A stretch of DNA of 64,000 nt. Source: Anthoceros angustus (Eukaryota; Plantae; Anthocerotophyta). A program made the position numbers and the translations under genes. Under the pieces are notes generated by a model. The model made no database searches. It saw only the letters and a list, made by a program, of their open reading frames with translations, and was not told where the DNA came from. Below are positions 13,401 through 25,272 of this stretch, piece after piece. How positions within the stretch are numbered: the stretch's first letter is position 1; each line of letters starts with the position of its first letter. Location: the NCBI GenBank assembly GCA_010909165.1, contig MU008153.1, positions 868,001 through 932,000 on the forward strand, in the 5' to 3' direction.

Positions 13401-14641
13401 CAAATCTTAATCTAATATTCTTGTGGCTACCAGGTAACGGACTTGACCCTTGCGCGGGAGAATCAGACAAGCTTTGAAGAGTATTTGAATGCAGCTGAAG
13501 CTTCCCAACATCCTGGCATTGACTTGACCGTAACAGTTCTAACAACCGGTTTCTGGCCAAGCTACAAGTCCTCAGATCTAGCACTCCCAGAAGAGATGGT
13601 AGGTGGTTGTCATGTGCGACGTTGTCTTCATCCTGTCTCCATGATACTCGGAATGTGAAACAATGAGCTGTGATTGCAGGTCAAATGTGTTGAGGTGTTC
13701 AAGGAATTTTACCAGACAAAGACAAAACATCGGAAGCTGACCTGGATATACTCATTGGGGACTTGCAACATCTCGGGCCGATTTGATGCTAAAGCAATTG
13801 AGTTGATTGTGACCACCTATCAGGTATGATGGTTGCCTTCTTGGAACTTGCTTAAGGTTCGGGTCAGCAAATGAAGTTCAATGCATGCTGTGCCATTTTG
13901 TGCTTCTCAACTAGTGTCATTTGATGTGTAGGCGGCAGTCCTGTTGCTGTTCAATGCTGCTGAGAGGCTTAGCTACTCAGACATCAAGTCCCAGCTCAAT
14001 TTGACAGACGAGGATGTAGTCAGGTTATTGCATTCTCTGTCATGTGCAAAATACAAACTTCTCAACAAGGAGCCAAATACTAAGACAGTTGGTCCAAACG
14101 ATGTGTTCGAGTGGAATTCGAAGTTCACAGACAAGATGAGGAGAATTAAGGTACTGTTCAAACCTTGAGTCTATCTGATGGCTCATTCCATCTATTTTAT
14201 GCACTTCAATTGTGATAACGTCTCCGTGGTTGGCAGATTCCCTTGCCACCAGTTGACGAGAAGAAGAAAGTTATTGAGGATGTGGATAAAGACAGGCGAT
14301 ATGCAATTGATGCTTCCATTGTCCGGATTATGAAGAGCCGGAAGGTGCTGCAGCACCAACAGCTTGTGTTGGAATGTGTAGACCAGCTTGGTAGGATGTT
14401 CAAGGTAAGCCATTTGTGTCTGGAGAAGTCTCTCGTCTCTCCGTTTTGCAAGTCCAGTGCGGGGAGAGCTCTACTGTTGGGTTACTCAATTGAAGGTAGG
14501 GCTCTATTTTGACGTTCTTGTCATGTCGGTCTTGGTCAGCCTGACTTCAAGATAATCAAGAAGCGTATCGAGGACTTGATTGCCCGGGAGTACCTGGAGC
14601 GTGACAAAGACAATGCAAACCTGTTCAGATACCTGGCTTGA
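10432..14641 (+). CDS. CUL1: Cullin-1 (SCF E3 ligase scaffold), 19 coding exons
   Basis: Exons 10432-10574, 10753-10852, 10949-11134, 11243-11290, 11362-11565, 11681-11758, 11864-11953, 12111-12191, 12277-12339, 12460-12495, 12602-12688, 12810-12959, 13070-13125, 13215-13335, 13434-13598, 13680-13823, 13932-14150, 14237-14404, 14540-14641. Motifs [67 protein letters not shown], neddylation region [15 protein letters not shown]-terminus [24 protein letters not shown]. Confidence 0.97.
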
Positions 14642-16280
14642 GGGGAAATTTTTGGTCCTTGCTGCTGCAGTTGTGTTGCGCCACAGGCACAGAATACCAG
14701 GTTTGGAGGCGGAGATTCTGCTCTGGCACTGCCTGGGCTGGCTACCATCAGCGTAATCGTAGAAAATTTGCCTGTTTTTCCGTGGCTGGCAATGGGCATA
14801 TAATCTCACAAGCAGCATGGGCTACAGCCACCTTGAGGAAAGGTGGTAAAATGATTTGGCAACGGGATGCATATGGGTCGCATCATCTGTGGTTTTCAGC
14901 AATTCCTGTAGCGACCAGGAGCTGGTGTCGGCCGGCCTTCCTTCGCGTTCCCAGATATGTCATGGACTGGAGGTTCAAAGTTTGCCTTCCCCTAGGTGCT
15001 GCTTAGAGGCCTCCGTCCTGTCCTGCGAATGATTGCAACTCGAACAGATTTCACAATCTGGCTCCAGTTTCATCTTTTCAAAGAAAAATTTGGTCGCAAG
15101 TCACCGTTGTACAAGATTGCCACCTTCTAGCTAGGATCTGGGTCTAGCTGACCGGTGGGCTCCACTGGGAGCTCTTTATATGTGTGACTTCTTGGTGTAT
15201 GTTTTTGGCTGTTGGGATTATCCAAAAATCGTAGAACAATTATGTACCTACTTGGTGGAACAAGGAAATGAATCATCTCACTTATCGGGCATTGATTGTA
15301 TTGTTATGAACTGTTTGATTTACGAGAAAATTGCGACGTTGGCTGGTAACGGGTACTTCTAGCAGTACCACGAATGAACTGCGACGACTACACTTGGCCG
15401 GTAACGCGTACTTCGAGGATCGTGCCCTGGCTGCCTGTAATACAGTACTCAGCGATGGCTTACTCGAATGCTACAAATGTGTTACCCAAGCCTTTTTATG
15501 CCTGAGTTCCCTGCACCTTCTGCACACACACAGATGTTTTCCATCGGCCCATATCGCATCCCGTGCGGGAGACTATAAAGCATTACATCTGCTTTCGGTT
15601 CAACTCAGCACTTGATGGTGGAAACAACTTTTTATTACCTCCTGCCCAAGTTTTATATAGAACTTCACAAGGTCCTATACTTGTAGACCCTTCTTTTGGT
15701 TTTGGCCTTACTTGTCCACAAGTAAGGCCTTGCGCAGGTTACGTAGGACAGTCCAGCTGCTTGCGGAGAAAGAGCCGATGTAAGACTGTCACAGCAACAA
15801 CGACAGGTCACGGTTCCCAGACTGCTGTTCACTTCACTACGGCATCGAGAGCCTGCATCAGACTTATCCCTTGTCCACATCGCTTTCAGCTTATGAGACA
15901 TGTGAGAAGAATCCATCCATGAGAGATGCTGTCACTCTGCAAGCTGGGGACAATCCCCGAAGGACGGGCTTTTACATCCCTGTCACCTCGTACGACAACC
16001 AAGGACTTTCAAAATCCATCAACTATGGACAAAGTTTAAATGTATTATGTACCAGCCTCCACGCATGTCAGATGTGAGAGGTTCCTTCATCAACGAGCCA
16101 TCTTTCAACACGTGAATGCTCCAAATCAAGCCCGTAGTCACCATCGAACCATTCGCACATCATCTATGACATGCGTGCAGGAGTCGTGATCGTTGCCCAG
16201 ATCCGATGCTGCCTGCGAGCTCGGGGAAGAAGTATCTAATCAACGGCTTTTCATGCCCCCAAGCTTCGAGATCTCCCGCT

Positions 16281-16961
16281 AATTTCGGTAGTGAAAATCT
16301 GGCAGCCCGGATTCCTCCACACCTGCCAGAACAGAACAACAAGTGTAGGTGCTGGCACTGCGTAGTCCCACAAGCATGCGGGTCAGGAAGGCTTACATAC
16401 CTGGCGCTCAGCAGGGGCGGAGGAAAGGAGGCTTTCGCGAGGATCTTTCTCCGGATGAGGATGAATGTAAGTAGCAGCGCTACAGAGGATCTGGGCACAC
16501 TGGGTGCAGATGAAGAGCACGTTGACAAGAGTGGACCTCCATGTGTTTGAACAGAAAGTGTGCGCGGAAAGGGTTGCGTAGCAGGAATATAGATGACTAT
16601 GACATGTAGCATGTAGCTCCTTTGTCACCCTTTCCTATTTAAGGATTAGAGTTCCGCTATTGCGAACGCGTTCTTCATTTGACCCAGTGTGTGCACTGCT
16701 GCTTCCATTCATCCTCGTCGGGACACAGAGTTCCTCCTCAAAGCCTCCTTTCCTCCCGCCCAGGAGAGGGTGCTCTGCCCGCAGGAACGCAGCATCCTCA
16801 GGACGTATAGTTTCCGCGTTTGCTTGTGGGAGTGTGCAGTGTCAGGACCCACACTTGTTGTTGTGTTCTGTTCTGGAAGGAGTGCACTTGTTGTTGTTGT
16901 TGTGTCTCGTGTTCTGGAAGGAGTGGGAGAACCCGGGCTGCCAATTTTCACTACCGAAATT
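16281..16961. repeat. diverged inverted duplication of the ALDH3 5' leader (arms 16281-16490 and 16692-16961)
   Basis: Shared blocks AATTTCGGTAGTGAAAAT, GGCAGCCCGG, CCAGAACAGAAC, TCCCACAAGCA, GGAGGAAAGGAGGCTTT and GAGGATGAATG lie in opposite orientations. Confidence 0.8.
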
Positions 16962-16982
16962 GGAGGAGGCAGAGGAGAGGCC

Positions 16983-19290
16983 ATGGCCCATCTCCAGGAT
17001 TTGGGGCCTGATGGGTCTTTGGAAGCCAAGGCCGAGCGGCTCGTGGACGAGCTCCGGGAGTATGTCAAGACCGGGGTGTGCAGAAGGCGGGAATGGAGGG
17101 TGGAGCAGCTGAACGGGATGCTCCGGCTGATCAAGGAGAGGGAACCGGATATCGTGGCTGCGCTGAAGAGCGATATCGGGAAACCAGAATTGGAGACGTT
17201 TGTGAGCGAGGTGCGGATTCCTCCCTGCGATTAAGGTTGTGGGCGCCTGGAATTCCTTGATTCTTGGCAGTAGAGGAGTGGGTCAGGATGGAATGGAATC
17301 CGTCTTGTGCTGATCCTGCAGCCGCATGCAGATCCAGGTCGTTGCGGAATCCTGTAGGCTGGCAATAAAGCAGCTAGGCAAATGGATGGCGCCGCAGAAG
17401 GTGGGTGGTCCCAGCTTTGATGCAGGGAAGGCAAGTCTCTGCGAGCACTGCAGTAAGGTGATTGCAGGGCTGTGGCATTGTGGGTGCACTTGCTGCAGGT
17501 ATCTGCAACTCTGGCAACGTTTCCTTCCACTTGCACCATTGTTCCAGAACCTCTCGGTGTGGTGCTGGTTATATCAGCTTGGAACTACCCATTCGGTAGG
17601 TTTTGCGGCGTCTCTGATGGTGAACATGTTGTAGGTGAGTGATGTTGGGAATGCACATGTTGTTGTGTCCGTGGCTGAAGATGTTGTGGATGTGCAGTGC
17701 TGGCGTTGGATCCAGTGGTGGGCGCCATATCTGCAGGCAATGCAGTGGTGTTGAAGCCCTCGGAGGTGGCACCTGCATGTTCAACTCTGATTGCTAAGCT
17801 GCTCCCCAAGTACGTGGATTCCAAGGCTGTTCGAGTTGTTGAGGGCGGAATTCCAGAGACCACTGCCCTGCTGGAGCAGCACTGGGACACGATACTTTAC
17901 ACAGGTATTTCCTTGCTCTGCAGAGGTCTGTTTTTTCAAGGAATCAGACCAAGATTATCAGACCAGTGCTCTTACTATAAGAGTGGTTGTCCAGGCAGTA
18001 CTCGAATTGGAAGGGTCGTCATGGCGGCTGCTGCTAAACACCTTACACCTGTTATTCTGGAGCTGGGTGGCAAGTCCCCTACCATTGTTGATTCCACGGT
18101 AGATTTGAAGGTGGGATCTGGACCTCTGATATGTTCCTCCGTTACAGTAAGGATTTCTAACCTGAGGACCCATTCTCTCAGGCTTCTGCAAAGCGAATCG
18201 TCTCCGGCAAATGGGGAAGTAACAATGGACAAGCTTGTGTTGCGCCTGACTACATTCTGGCAGAGGAGGCTATTGTTCCACAGCTGGTATGGATGCGGCT
18301 CGGCAACAGTCCCAAGTTCGTTTCACCTGAAAAGTGCCCAAGTTCGGCTTATGGCTTGAATGCAAGTTTGTTCCGTTCTCAGCTCTGGTGCTTGCAGGTG
18401 GACTCGCTGAGATCTACAATCAAAAGTTTCTATGGAGAGGACCCCAAGTTATCAGGTGATTTGTCCAAGATAATAAATCACAACCATTTTGGACGCCTTA
18501 AAAAGCTTCTGGACGACCGAGTTTCGGACAAGATTGTATTCGGTGGTGATTCAGACGAGAAGAGCCTGTAATAACCTTCCCCATGCTGTGTATCTACAAC
18601 GACAGTCATCAGTCAGTTGCATGAAGAGAGAGCTAACGCCAAACTCTGTGCAGGTATATTGCTCCTACAGTTGTTTTGGATCCTCCTCTGGATTCCCCGC
18701 TGATGACGGAGGAAATTTTTGGTCCCATTCTGCCCATCATTCCGGTAGGAATTCCCGCCTTCCCTGCGAGGTTCAGCTTCACTCTCACTTGCGCTAATTA
18801 TGTGGAGGCCTGGAGCAGGTGAACTCTGTCGATGAGGCTGTGAAGATAGTGAACTCCCGTCCAAAGCCTTTGGCTCTGTACCTCTTCACAAACAACAAGA
18901 AAGTTGAGCAGCAAGTAGTGGAAGAAACGTCATCTGGAGGCATGGTGGTCAACGACACTGTTCTGCATGTACGTAGCTCGCTCAACTCTCGTGTCCCTGT
19001 TCCTTTCCTTGTTTGACAGCAACAGTAGTTGGACTGATGCATTGGGATTGCAGTTTGTGGTCCCCGGACTGCCGTTTGGAGGGGTTGGTGATAGCGGAAT
19101 GGGTGCTTACCACGGTCGGCATTCCTTCGACAGTTTCAGCCACAAGAAGGCACTTGTGTCAAGGGTCCTCAAAGGGGATGTAAGCGCAAGGTATCCACCT
19201 TACAACAACGCCAAGAAAAATTTTCTGCGGGCTTTACTAGAAGGAGACTTCGTGGGCCTCTTGCTAACGATTCTGGGTCTAAAGAAGTGA
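16983..19290 (+). CDS. ALDH3: aldehyde dehydrogenase family 3 (ALDH3H/I/F-like), 10 exons
   Basis: Exons 16983-17210, 17332-17400, 17499-17595, 17698-17904, 17995-18110, 18182-18286, 18398-18567, 18654-18744, 18819-18968, 19054-19290. Motifs EPLGVVLVISAWNYPF, AGNAVVLKPSE, LELGGKSP, catalytic GQACVAPDY, EEIFGP, LPFGGVGDSGMGAYHG. Confidence 0.95.
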
Positions 19291-19309
19291 TCACGTCCGT
19301 CCCGAGAAT

Positions 19310-20260
19310 GGCAACTCATTAGCAAGTGTTTTGGGCAACTCATCAATGACCTGCTGTGCGTCAACCATGCTTCCCAACCTTGCATGCAACTTTGCATACT
19401 TGTTTATCGAATTGCCGCCGACACTGGCATCACCGTGAAGCCCTTGATCTTCAACCTGTGCATGAAGCTGCTTCCCACATGCAGAGCTGCTATACTTGTA
19501 CTTGCATGGACCTGTAGAGATGAAGGGCTTCCTGGTGGGAATATCCTGCTATAATGGCACTCCACGTTAACCACCACCTTCTTCTCCACAAGTCTGCCAA
19601 ACACACCCCTGGCATGCTCCAAGCTACCGCACTTTGTATACATGTTCACCAAGCTGCTGGCGACAAATACACCAGCTTGCAGTCCTTGTTCTCTAATTTG
19701 TGCATGAAGCTGCATTCCCTTCTCCAGAGCTAGGGTGCCCAGACTTGCACATGCCTGCAGGAGGCACACAAATGTCACTGAAACAGGTGCAACGCGTTGC
19801 AAAGGAGAGGGCTTCCCGCCCCATACCCTGCGGGGAATACCCTGCAATCATAGCATTCCACGTGATGACATTCTAGAGGGAGTCCATCAAACACGCCCTG
19901 AGCATCTTTCAAGCTGCCGCACTTTGCATACATGTCTACCAAGCTGTTGGCTACGAACCCATCAGCTTGAAGCCCTCGGTCTCTAATCTGCACATGAAGC
20001 TGCTTTCTCCTCTCCAAAGCTTTCGTGCCAACACTTGCACACGCCTGCAGGACGGACACAAACGTCACAGCGTCAGGTGCAGCCATCCTATCTTCCTGCA
20101 TAGCCCTGAAAGAGCAAGGGCTTCCTGCCCCATGCCCTGACGGGCATATCCTGCTCCTATAGCATTCCATGTCACCACGTTCTTGAAAACCAGGCCATCA
20201 AACACACTCCGAGCCCAGACTTCCACGTGCCTGCAGGAGGCACACAAACGTGACAACATC
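19310..20260 (-). pseudogene. PLS-class pentatricopeptide repeat pseudogene
   Basis: P/L/S motifs VVTWNAIGAGYARQGMGQEAL, PDAVTFVSVLQACAS, QLHVQIRDRGLQADGFVANSLVDMYAKCGSL and SSLVNMYTKCGSLEHARGVF are split across frames by several frameshifts. Confidence 0.85.
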
Positions 20261-21549
20261 AGGTGCAACGATACCTTCCTCTTGTATATCCCTGTACAGA
20301 CGAAGGGCACTCTGCCCCATCTCCTGCTGGGAATACCAGAACTCCCAAAGCGCCCCTGCCGGCACAGTTTGCTAACGGTTTCAGCCGACACCCATCTTTT
20401 GTATCCTGCATGTCTGCCATGGCCAAGTTCATGCCCCATGCTCCACTTGGACGGAGGTGCAGCATGCCCATCAAGAGCAGCCAACTGCACATCCATCCAC
20501 CCAACCGACTTGCAGCGATTATTCAGGCCCGTCTCCAGCCACCCATCTTGTTGCACAGACTGGCTTGCTTGCAAAGGTGGTGCAGCCCACGGCTTTGTTT
20601 TTTGCGAAACCTGCATTGTTCGAACTCATTTGAGAGGGAGCTCTCCCTGGAATGCCTGTTTGCTCTCAGCATTGCTGTGCCCAGAAAACTGTTAAGTTAA
20701 GCGGAAGCTCTGCTTGCCTCGGATGCCTGTCTGCTCTCAGCATTGGTGTGCCCAGAAAACTGTCTCCACAACTCAAAATGTGCCTCACCCATCACTCTCT
20801 CCAACGCTAATGCTGATCAGATGTTTAAGCATCTGTAACAGGAAAACACTCACAAGAAAGGTCCTCCCGTTCCTGCCTTTGCAACCACTTCCAGTCACCA
20901 ATGCGCTGCAAGGTCTTCGTCTGGACATAAGCCTGTAAGCGTTCATGACGCTGTTCCGGACGCAAGGTGTTCGTCTGTCTGGACATAGACGTGTAAGCCT
21001 TCATGACGCTGAGACGCTGGTGATTAGATTCTCAAAAATCTTCCAGTGCACGACAAGACTGCTCCATGGTTTGCACCCTGTGCGTCAGCTTCTCCAACTC
21101 GTTTTCGAGCCTGTGCACCTTGTTTCGAATCTCCACAGTTAGGGTCTCTTGGGGAGTAGGATCAGGGTCTGAAATCTCCAACAACGTCACTCCACCCTCC
21201 AAGATGGGTGGAGGAACAGGGACGTCCCCATTAATCGGTGTCGTTCGACGCCACCTCCCTTCTCTGTCTCCATAAAAAAAAATCCTCCGGAGGGGATGAA
21301 CCGACCAGACTTAAATCCCTCCATCATGCCCCTTCTTACGGCATACCCGATGGGGTGGAACCTTTAAGCCCGATATCCTGCGCTTGGACACAGGGGGAGG
21401 GGTATCAGATCGCCCCCGTTTCATCCCACGCCCTCCGTTTCACCCGCCTTCCGGTTCTCGCAACCCCTGACCCAGCCCCTGCCCTTTTTTTAGTGAATTT
21501 GAAAAGGTGAAAAGTTGAAAAAGGTAAAAAGCTAAGTTAGTAGCTGCCC

Positions 21550-22277
21550 TGTTAAGAAGATGCATGTGTTGCATGCTTCAGGCAATCTCTTGTTAGAGAG
21601 GAATTGCTACAGCCACAAATGAAGAGCTGCCTAGAGAGGACTCTTAGTGATTAGTGGTCTGTAAGAATCCCTAGATTTAACAGCTGCCTAGTTAAGGTCA
21701 GAGTGCGGGATATGTAAGGGCTAGAGCAAGGGCGTTGAGGAACAAGTGGGACTCATTCTTTGAGAGAGCAGTGCAGGCAAGCCCCTAGTTGAGAGAGCTG
21801 TGGAGAGCTAGCTAGTGAACTTGTCATGGAATCAAGGAGGCAAGTGTGCGCTGCAAGCCTTGTGTTGAGAGAGCTGTGGAGAGCTAGCTAGTGAACTTGT
21901 CATGGAATCAAGGAGGCAAGTGTGCGCTGCAAGCCTTGTGTTGAGAGAGCTGTGGAGAGCTAGCTATTGAGCTTGTCATGGAATCAAGGGCAGTAGCTAG
22001 TTGGGCGTAGATAGCCAGATTCCATCGTTGTATTCTTATAATAAAGAGCAGCACCTCGAGGAGGTGGCCTGCGAGTCGTCAGTGGACGGCGGGTTACTTG
22101 GAGCCTAGTGCTGTGTTGTGAGGTTTGGAGTCTAGTGCTGTGTTGTGAGGTTGAGAGCGTTGAGAATCGTGCAAGTCTCTTGTGGAGTGAATTGGCGAGG
22201 TCCTAGACCACTGGGAAGCCAGCACTTGTCGCTTCCTTACTATGTCACTTCCTTACTAGCTGAGCAGTGAGGGGTGT
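21550..22277 (+). mobile_element. probable solo/partial LTR containing a 76-bp tandem repeat
   Basis: Starts TGTTAAG and ends GGGGTGTTA at the MITE junction; 76-bp unit repeated at 21789, 21865 and 21941. No PBS or PPT seen. Confidence 0.35.
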
Positions 22278-22613
22278 TACTGTACCCCGAGGAGTGGTTC
22301 AACAGGTAATGTCCAAATAATTATTTTAAAAAAGTTCAATATAAGTATTTATATTTTCAAAATTTTAATATTTATGAAAAATAAGTTTATCAAATTTCAA
22401 CATTCATTAGAAAATAGGTATTTATATAGAATTAATAGATATATAAAGACCTCTTCTAAACAGGCCCTAATTTTCCACACAAACCCTAGTTTCCTTGTTT
22501 TTGGCATCTTGTACATTTTTACACATTGGGCATTTTAAGTATAATAATTTTTAGATTTTTGACTTTTACTAATTTTAATTGATTAATACCCAATCATCCT
22601 TCGGGATACGATA
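22278..22613 (-). mobile_element. Tc1/mariner-type MITE, family A copy 2
   Basis: Reverse-oriented homolog of 5060-5411; termini TACTGTACCCCGAGGAGTGG ... CATCCTTCGGGATACGATA. Confidence 0.8.
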
Positions 22614-23401
22614 TATCTTAGTCCGCATTGAAATTTGATCCTTGACCCAGTCCTACCTTTTTTTTGTTTTTAGTGAATTCCAAAAATTTACCTATATTTT
22701 AAAATAACTTGCATTGGGATTTGAACTTATGTCTGGGTGTTACAACTCCCCGAACTTATGTGTGAGTGTCACTCCTTGAAGGGAGGACAGCCGAGGGAAC
22801 GGGCTTAAACTTTGGGCTTTACGTTCAGTGGCATCGCGGTTCACACACCTGCTAGCTTGTGGCTATGGCAGGATTTGAGGATTATGTAGAGGCTAGGCAG
22901 AGGGTGGTCGGAGAGTGGTACAATAGAGAGTGGTAGAGAGGGTAGAGTTCAAGCCCACTACCTAGCACTCCTAGCATCTTGTGTCATTCTCGAGAGGCAT
23001 GTGATCACAATGGCGGTTGGTTCCTGGAACATTTCATGATGGAATTGTGATACTGCATATGGAAAAGCAATAGCAAAATTTATCAAATCTGAATAATCAA
23101 GAAGTTATTGAGACAGGAATATGTAAGACAATAAGACAGGACAGTCTGATTTTCATTTCTTTCGGCAAGTGAGTAGGCTGACAATGAGAAGCTCAAGCAC
23201 TTCCCCCATGCAACAGTGTGTCATTGGCACACAGCGGGCGTTGCCTGGGCAAAGACAACAGAAGGTGAGGCCTGTTCCGAAGCTGGTCAAATCTCGAGCC
23301 CCACGAGTTCGAGTGCAGTAGGAAAATACAAACTCGACCAGGAATATATACAGACCCACTTTCTTCAAAAAATGTGAAGAGGTTGGACATTGTTCCGAGC
23401 A

Positions 23402-24193
23402 TCAGTCATAGTGTCCTCCATGACGCCGTATAAGGAGTGAGCGGTACAGCATGGATAGGTGAAAGAGAACCATCACCAGCACCAGCAGATCATCCAAAAA
23501 CCCTATTATCCCCAGTATACCCTCCGGCAACAGATCCAAGGGCGAAAACACGTAGACTGCGAGGCAAAGAACGCAGAAAAGAACGTGGATTCTGTTCACC
23601 AGTGAAAGAGCCCTGTGCGGATCCATCATTTCCCAAACCAACCTGCGCAACAGCAAAGGCATGTCTCGAATTCTTTGAAAAATGCTCACGGACTCCCCGC
23701 CGAAAATCCGGTTGTACTTGGCGATATCCCTCTGTATCCGATCAGCATCAGGCACCACTTCACGGCGCGCAGAGGCAAACTGTTCGCTAGGGATGAGAAG
23801 ACTGATGGCCCGGCGGCAGATAGGGCACCTACACGGCCGCAGAGCCGAGCTGTGACGCCACACTTTCAAGATACATTCCCCGCAGAACCAGTGCGCACAG
23901 TTGGCCTGACACGGCAGGACGAAGGTCTCACGGCAAACAGAGCAAACATCACCCTCAGGAGGAGTATCCATGTTCCCACTCGGAGCACTTTCCCCCGCCT
24001 CCGCCCCCGAGCTCCCGCCTCCCCGCCTCAACACTCTGTTCCAAAACCCTTCCCACAGCCTCTGCACCACGGTCACCCCCTTCTGCAACGAGTTCAACGG
24101 ATTCCCGAAGCACCAAAACACCAAGGGGGCAGCGGCTGCAGCCGCCAGAGCTGCATACAGCACCTCGTCTCCCACTCCTTCTATGATGGCCAT
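23402..24193 (-). CDS. RNF170: RNF170-like C3HC4 RING E3 ligase with C-terminal DUF1232-type membrane region; intronless, 263 aa
   Basis: RING CSVC..CQANCAHWFCGEC..CPIC; YNRIFGG; IRDMPLLLRRL; YVFSPLDLLPEGILGIIGFLDDLL. Confidence 0.9.
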   Translation of the reverse strand: MAIIEGVGDEVLYAALAAAAAAPLVFWCFGNPLNSLQKGVTVVQRLWEGFWNRVLRRGGGSSGAEAGESAPSGNMDTPPEGDVCSVCRETFVLPCQANCAHWFCGECILKVWRHSSALRPCRCPICRRAISLLIPSEQFASARREVVPDADRIQRDIAKYNRIFGGESVSIFQRIRDMPLLLRRLVWEMMDPHRALSLVNRIHVLFCVLCLAVYVFSPLDLLPEGILGIIGFLDDLLVLVMVLFHLSMLYRSLLIRRHGGHYD

Positions 24194-25272
24194 CCCCCGG
24201 CTCGCTCCAAATCCTCAGGCCACCGAACCACCACACGCCATGCCCTCACTCCCACACAAGCTTCCACACCATGCGCCTCCCTGCCTGGAAGCTGCAATCC
24301 AGCTGCTCCTCACCGATCAAGCAGAAACCTCAGCCGCCACTCATGCTAAAGAATCCACTCCACAGCCCCCGATTAGCCATACCACATCAGACCTCCGACA
24401 GGCTCACTTCCCAGCACCTTCCATGCGGCCTAGCCATGGCCCTTCCTTCATCCACACGCTAATGCACACAGATCTCGCGCGCTCAGATCGACCCGCCTTC
24501 GCACTTCCGCCGCGAGCCGTGCCGTGAAGGCGAAGCGAGGCGGTGGCAGGACCAGGCTGTCGAACAATTTCGTGGAAACTTCCGCCCGACCCGAGAAGCG
24601 ATGCATACACATGCACCACATAACCAGTAGGTACACAGGCATTTCGGTAGGTGAACTCTGCCCTATGCAACAGGTCCCGGTGCTGGCCAATGGGACCAGG
24701 GCCTGAGGCCACGGGGGGATGTACTGTACTTGTACGTACGTGTCAGGAGCCAGAATGGCCGGTGACTCGACCGCGGCCGCCGCCAATAGCAGGTCGCGTC
24801 GTGACTTCCGAGCGCTTGCTTTGGCGGCAGCGGTGCCTATATTATTGGCGAGCTGTCCAACATGCTTTCCTTCGGGGATGGCTGGATTGGTTTCCATTTG
24901 CGGTTGTTGATTTTATTGTTTGAGCGAGCGTCGGATTTTTCTGGTTTGTGGATGGAAGTGGCAGGAAATGCGTGGATTACGGTGGTTAGTGCACTTCTTG
25001 GCAGCTGGATCTTGAGCAGAGGGAGTTTGTGCTATTCTTGTGCACAAAATGTTATTTGAATGACACATTGCAGTGGTGAGGTGCTCTTGGAGGACGAGGG
25101 TCACTCTGGAAGTTTTATGCTTGAGTTGGCGTGGTTTTTCCTTTGATGTATCAGCAGGGGAGAGCAAAGTTTGGAATTTTTGAGGTGAACTGTTGGTGTA
25201 TGGAAGCGACGGATTCAGGGAGAGCAGAAGAGAAGGGTTTGGAAGGGGGAAGTGCTGGAGTTGGTGGCTCCG

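Noticed and set aside
20940-21200. Coiled-coil fragment KVHRLENELEKLTHRVQTME on the minus strand
   Set aside because: Short, followed by a stop, and no family can be assigned.
23615-24527. 244-aa and 185-aa plus-strand ORFs
   Set aside because: Antisense shadows of the RNF170-like gene and its GC-rich leader.
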